DNA of 64,000 nucleotides, taken from positions 96,001 to 160,000 of the forward strand of contig CAXXMV010000001.1 in NCBI GenBank assembly GCA_963662285.2, read 5' to 3'. A model generated the notes under the pieces. It saw nothing but the letters and a program-made list of their open reading frames with translations, searched no databases and had not been told where the DNA came from. This stretch comes from a bacterium. Its GTDB lineage: Bacteria > Hinthialibacterota > Hinthialibacteria > Hinthialibacterales > Hinthialibacteraceae. The position numbers were made by a program, and so were the translations under genes. Shown here in pieces: positions 61,201 through 64,000 of this stretch. Every line of letters starts with the position of its first letter. Positions within the stretch are counted from its first letter, which is position 1.

Positions 61201-64000
61201 TTACAATCTTCCATATACAGGCCGTATCCATCATTGCCGCCAGTGGAATTGTTCCAGAAGTTATATAAAGGAAGCAATTCCGACAAGAATTCCGCGTTTT
61301 CTATATTCGATAAGTGAATGCCATCATCACCCGCGCCATTAACCGTAAACAGTTCAATATGGAAACCATCCGTATTTGTGACGTATAGCCCTTTCCCTTC
61401 CGGGAAATACACATAGGTATTATCAAAACGCAGTGATTCGTTGTTGCCGACAATCTTTATCCCGTCTTCATGAAGAAAGGTGAAGATAGTATCAAACTCT
61501 GCATATTTAACGTTCTCGCATTCAATCGCCGATCCACCGGTTTTGGTTCTTTTTGTTAACCGGACCTCTGATTTTTGCAAGTTCGTGCCGATCTTGCAAT
61601 TCCGCATGAGGATCGAAATGTTCTCTTCAGAGTAATCGGAACTGTCCAAATTCCGAATTAACACGCCGCCCTCTGCGTTGTAACCCAAGGTGCACGAATT
61701 GATGTAGGTTCCGACAGCGTTGTTGGTTATGATGATTCCCCGACCCTTGTTATACCAGGCTATATCATCATCCTCATTATACACACGCCCGATCCAGCAT
61801 TCTTCAATGATGGTCTCTACACCGCCGTCGATGTAAATCCCATTGTTGACCGTTGAAATTTCAGAATCCCGAATAACTGTTTCACTGGCTCCATTTTCAA
61901 TATGGATGCCGTCACCTGTCATTGTATTGACAAAATCCAGGTCAAAATCTTTCTTGTAATCCATATCCGTTATTCTGTTCCCGGTTGTGTTAGGGCCGGA
62001 AATCAGAATTGCATGACCTTTGTTCAACGAGGCTATGAATCCGTTGATGGAATTGTGGGATGCGCCATTCATCAGCACTAAACCGTGCCCGTTGCCCATA
62101 GGACTTCCATTACCCTCAACTTCCATCCATTCAAAAATATTTTGCGCGTTGCCTTCTCCGCTTAAAACAATACCGTTTTTATCGTTGTTCCTTACATGAA
62201 CACTCGTAAACCGGTTGCCTCCCGATTCGTCTTCCATCAAAAAACCATTCTTTTTATTTCCTTCCACAATGACGCTTTCAAAAACATTGCCGTCTCCATT
62301 CACTATGTGGATGCCTTCTCCTCCGTTATTCATAACATGGATATTTTCAAATTTATGAAATCCTCCGCCAGTCAAATCGATTCCATTTTCACGGCAGTTC
62401 CGGATGCCGTGTTCGTCATCAATACTGGAAAGCGTGATATTTTCGGAATTCGTCCCATAAATTCCGTTCTGGCAGGAATCGATTGACAGGCGCAGCGTAA
62501 TAGCCTGAATGTCCTCCAGTGTTACGCCATTCCCGCTGCACTTAGAGATTGAATTATAAATGTTGATATTGTTTTGCTGGCTGCTGGTAATTCGGACTCC
62601 ATCGCCATTTGCGTCTTGAATCTTTTCCACGGAAATTTCATTCAGACCGCCGTTCTTGATATCAATGGCGTGACCCGGTGAATTAAGTATTGTATCTACC
62701 GTAACCTTCGCGCCAATCGCATCCTGCAACAGAATCTGAGCGTTTTCCACTGTTGCGGCGGAAATGGATGAACTATTTCCTAACTCAATGGAACCTTCCA
62801 TCTGTATTGAACCGGTTTTCATCAAACCCATGGGGATTTTTATAGCGCCAGTAACTTGAAGGCTCGATTTCCTGTCGATCTCGATTTCATCCTGGGGACC
62901 CAATTCAAATCCTGGACTGCGTATGGCATGTTCTCCTTGGATAGATATCCGTTCCCGTTTTTCGGCTGAAGGAATGCCCGAAAACCGGTCGCCTTCTTCC
63001 CGGTCGTCATCGGTTGCATCTTTCGATTCTGTTCGAATATTGGTCCGGGAGATTTCATTTCCTTGTTCGTCTCTGAGGACTTTCTCATATACTCTATATT
63101 CTAAGCCCACTCCGCCCGGAGACCGACTCGATCTATCTCCAACCTTGACTTCGACATAGTAATAGATGGGATTGTGATCGTCATCGTACCGGACGCGCCT
63201 TTCATTCTCCCAGATTTCTTCATGCAGTTCGTTGTCGTCGTCCCACCCATCAAGAAAAGGATTCGCCTCACCTTTTGCGAACATCACCGCCTCCGCGAGA
63301 GAAAGATGGCCATTTTTTACGATTCCATTCGTATAATCGGTTACGGTGATTCCACTTCCGGATGGCAGTCTTTCATAATCGGGACGCTCCAAACCCGGTT
63401 CCCGGATGATTTGCGTCCGGGCGGAACCACTCGGCGTCCAGATCGTGATTGGGACCGGCTCATTCTCCTCCCCCGATCCATTCATTTCGACGATAATTCG
63501 ATTCACAAACGTCTGGTAAACGGTTGCAAAATAATCCCCGATCATCACTTTGGCGTTGAGCAGATTATCACCGGCTATTTCAAAACGCTGTCCTTCTTTC
63601 GCTCGCTCCGCGGATAATCGGCTAATTTCAGGTTGGTCGAAAATATGGAAGGTCAGTTCGTTGCTCCTCTCGCCAGTATTTGGATTGAGAACATGTACCG
63701 GTACGTCTCCCCTCAGGCCTTCATGAACGTAGGAATACATCAGGTGATCATATCGACCGATTGTGTCTGTTTGACGCCAATCAAAAAACACCTCGTAAGG
63801 TTCTTCATCCGCGTCTTCTTGAAAGTTCATGCCTTCAATGCTGACCAGAGTTGAATCTTCATCATAAAATGGATTATCCGGATCGGTGGGTTTTGAATAT
63901 CCCCAATTGGGTTCGAGACGGCTAATAATGGGCTGGGCAGTTACATAAAACCGTTCACTGGCCGTCGCCCCGCTAGACGCCGCCGTCGTCTCTAAGCGGA
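58236..64000 (-). CDS. giant secreted multidomain protein, paralogue of 49075-57060; 5' end lies beyond the window
   Basis: Frame stays open from 63830 to 64000 (RLETTAASSGATASERFYVTAQPIISRLEP...). Same IPT, beta-helix, GNTSEFGPT, PD40, cohesin order; tail TSVNSWMLY. Confidence 0.9.
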   Translation of the reverse strand, partial: RLETTAASSGATASERFYVTAQPIISRLEPNWGYSKPTDPDNPFYDEDSTLVSIEGMNFQEDADEEPYEVFFDWRQTDTIGRYDHLMYSYVHEGLRGDVPVHVLNPNTGERSNELTFHIFDQPEISRLSAERAKEGQRFEIAGDNLLNAKVMIGDYFATVYQTFVNRIIVEMNGSGEENEPVPITIWTPSGSARTQIIREPGLERPDYERLPSGSGITVTDYTNGIVKNGHLSLAEAVMFAKGEANPFLDGWDDDNELHEEIWENERRVRYDDDHNPIYYYVEVKVGDRSSRSPGGVGLEYRVYEKVLRDEQGNEISRTNIRTESKDATDDDREEGDRFSGIPSAEKRERISIQGEHAIRSPGFELGPQDEIEIDRKSSLQVTGAIKIPMGLMKTGSIQMEGSIELGNSSSISAATVENAQILLQDAIGAKVTVDTILNSPGHAIDIKNGGLNEISVEKIQDANGDGVRITSSQQNNINIYNSISKCSGNGVTLEDIQAITLRLSIDSCQNGIYGTNSENITLSSIDDEHGIRNCRENGIDLTGGGFHKFENIHVMNNGGEGIHIVNGDGNVFESVIVEGNKKNGFLMEDESGGNRFTSVHVRNNDKNGIVLSGEGNAQNIFEWMEVEGNGSPMGNGHGLVLMNGASHNSINGFIASLNKGHAILISGPNTTGNRITDMDYKKDFDLDFVNTMTGDGIHIENGASETVIRDSEISTVNNGIYIDGGVETIIEECWIGRVYNEDDDIAWYNKGRGIIITNNAVGTYINSCTLGYNAEGGVLIRNLDSSDYSEENISILMRNCKIGTNLQKSEVRLTKRTKTGGSAIECENVKYAEFDTIFTFLHEDGIKIVGNNESLRFDNTYVYFPEGKGLYVTNTDGFHIELFTVNGAGDDGIHLSNIENAEFLSELLPLYNFWNNSTGGNDGYGLYMEDCKNISVTNAYISRNGKDGVRAVNCDTVNFKDFWVSESDQNGFVLNGCKNFVFDMFEIVKSLAWGIWMENSKNVELIGESRSLNFKWGFQMNQNEEGCIKIDNCQDIIMGENGLGGSLSGGGTSLWITGDQTRNVQVINCNIHRSENEAACLIQGGQDITIGSNNDKWGNYIEMNDNAGVLVQGENTRVRILGNAIGVPARYEKDPMASWGNQDGVVLEQGAKHNLIQGNLFLLNKRHGIYIRDGANTNSITRNRIKSNGENGIHVEGAASRFNHISQNSIYNNDGAGIRLNGGNDMVESPIITKVERQQRQVFGKVNQDAPDGSIVEVFADMDDEGEILIGLGMLFGKKFICQGFVPKGMKYHATITHPDGNTSEFGPTVIDIKTDPFLFSETSGGNTDLYLYNDTLKRPARITNDPAKDYDPSLSEDQNNVLFVSSRSGNPDIWHLTLDSFDLTSLTNNTAPDYDPVWMADGDHFLFVSDRDGNPEIYMQAVSESGGGEGGDSIVLSYFSGGDDPNAEIYARSDTMGNGLGTQFNYGPELLTEFQVYISADPAPIRWKIFPYANWQAKPDEILAEGEENITETGWHTISVGELQVPEQYIVMIYFEEDYKPQLGIASAGEEGHTWMHRYFENFDQWNLSKSFAQYVMMKAIAVDPAPAGPTRLTNDPGIDRYPAISPDGNTVAFTSTRAGNEDIWLMNTDGSNLINLTQGNGNSRQPSWSPQGSKIGFVSDRDGNPEIYMMNVDGGDAVRLTQNEADDTDPGWSQSGDRILYSTNRLGNYEINSLNVYNPVPHRVTIGTLDARYPETGAFEAQSLENRIPNKPMLTKTTQTMSVLEPLTVGEIALQMMDAEAKPGSVAEILLQLIGAQSLGNLDLEIAYNPVILSLVESPSLEFQTEHSLYEINPPDYPAHLTPVRLNWIGAEGLTSDLSEIRLNFMINEKTIHPDTVVSINNAEAYSVNLTPVSVIAKDAVITISGNETSVNSWMLY

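Noticed and set aside
63828-63830. ATG at 63830 as the start of the second giant protein
   Set aside because: The frame is open to the window edge and similarity to the paralogue continues upstream.

Overview
Bacterial window, gene-dense, mostly carbohydrate catabolism (GH29, GH78, GH2, sialidase-like, DUF4838, esterases, SSS transporter, Tat-exported Gfo/Idh/MocA oxidoreductases) plus kdsB, a stand-alone carB and an ECF sigma/FecR module. Two accessory regions stand out. (1) An AT-rich island at about 11.65-14.05 kb encodes a minimal graspetide (ATP-grasp RiPP) locus: a 104-aa precursor with three KT[LI]T-acidic core repeats, a translationally coupled ATP-grasp ligase and a 3-TM membrane protein. 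(2) A block at 43.3-64 kb, partly bracketed by two inverted, internally deleted IS66 elements, encodes secreted fibre-like proteins and two paralogous giant IPT/beta-helix/PD40/cohesin proteins. Four secreted proteins from three unrelated families end in the same short [VI]-x-x-W-x-[LI]-[YE] tail, a candidate C-terminal sorting signal. The tail and the paralogous pseudopilin-like genes suggest an uncultured lineage such as Ca. Hinthialibacterota or Sumerlaeota (inference from recalled families). No rRNA, tRNA or CRISPR array was recognised. All family assignments come from reading motifs by eye; no database search was run.
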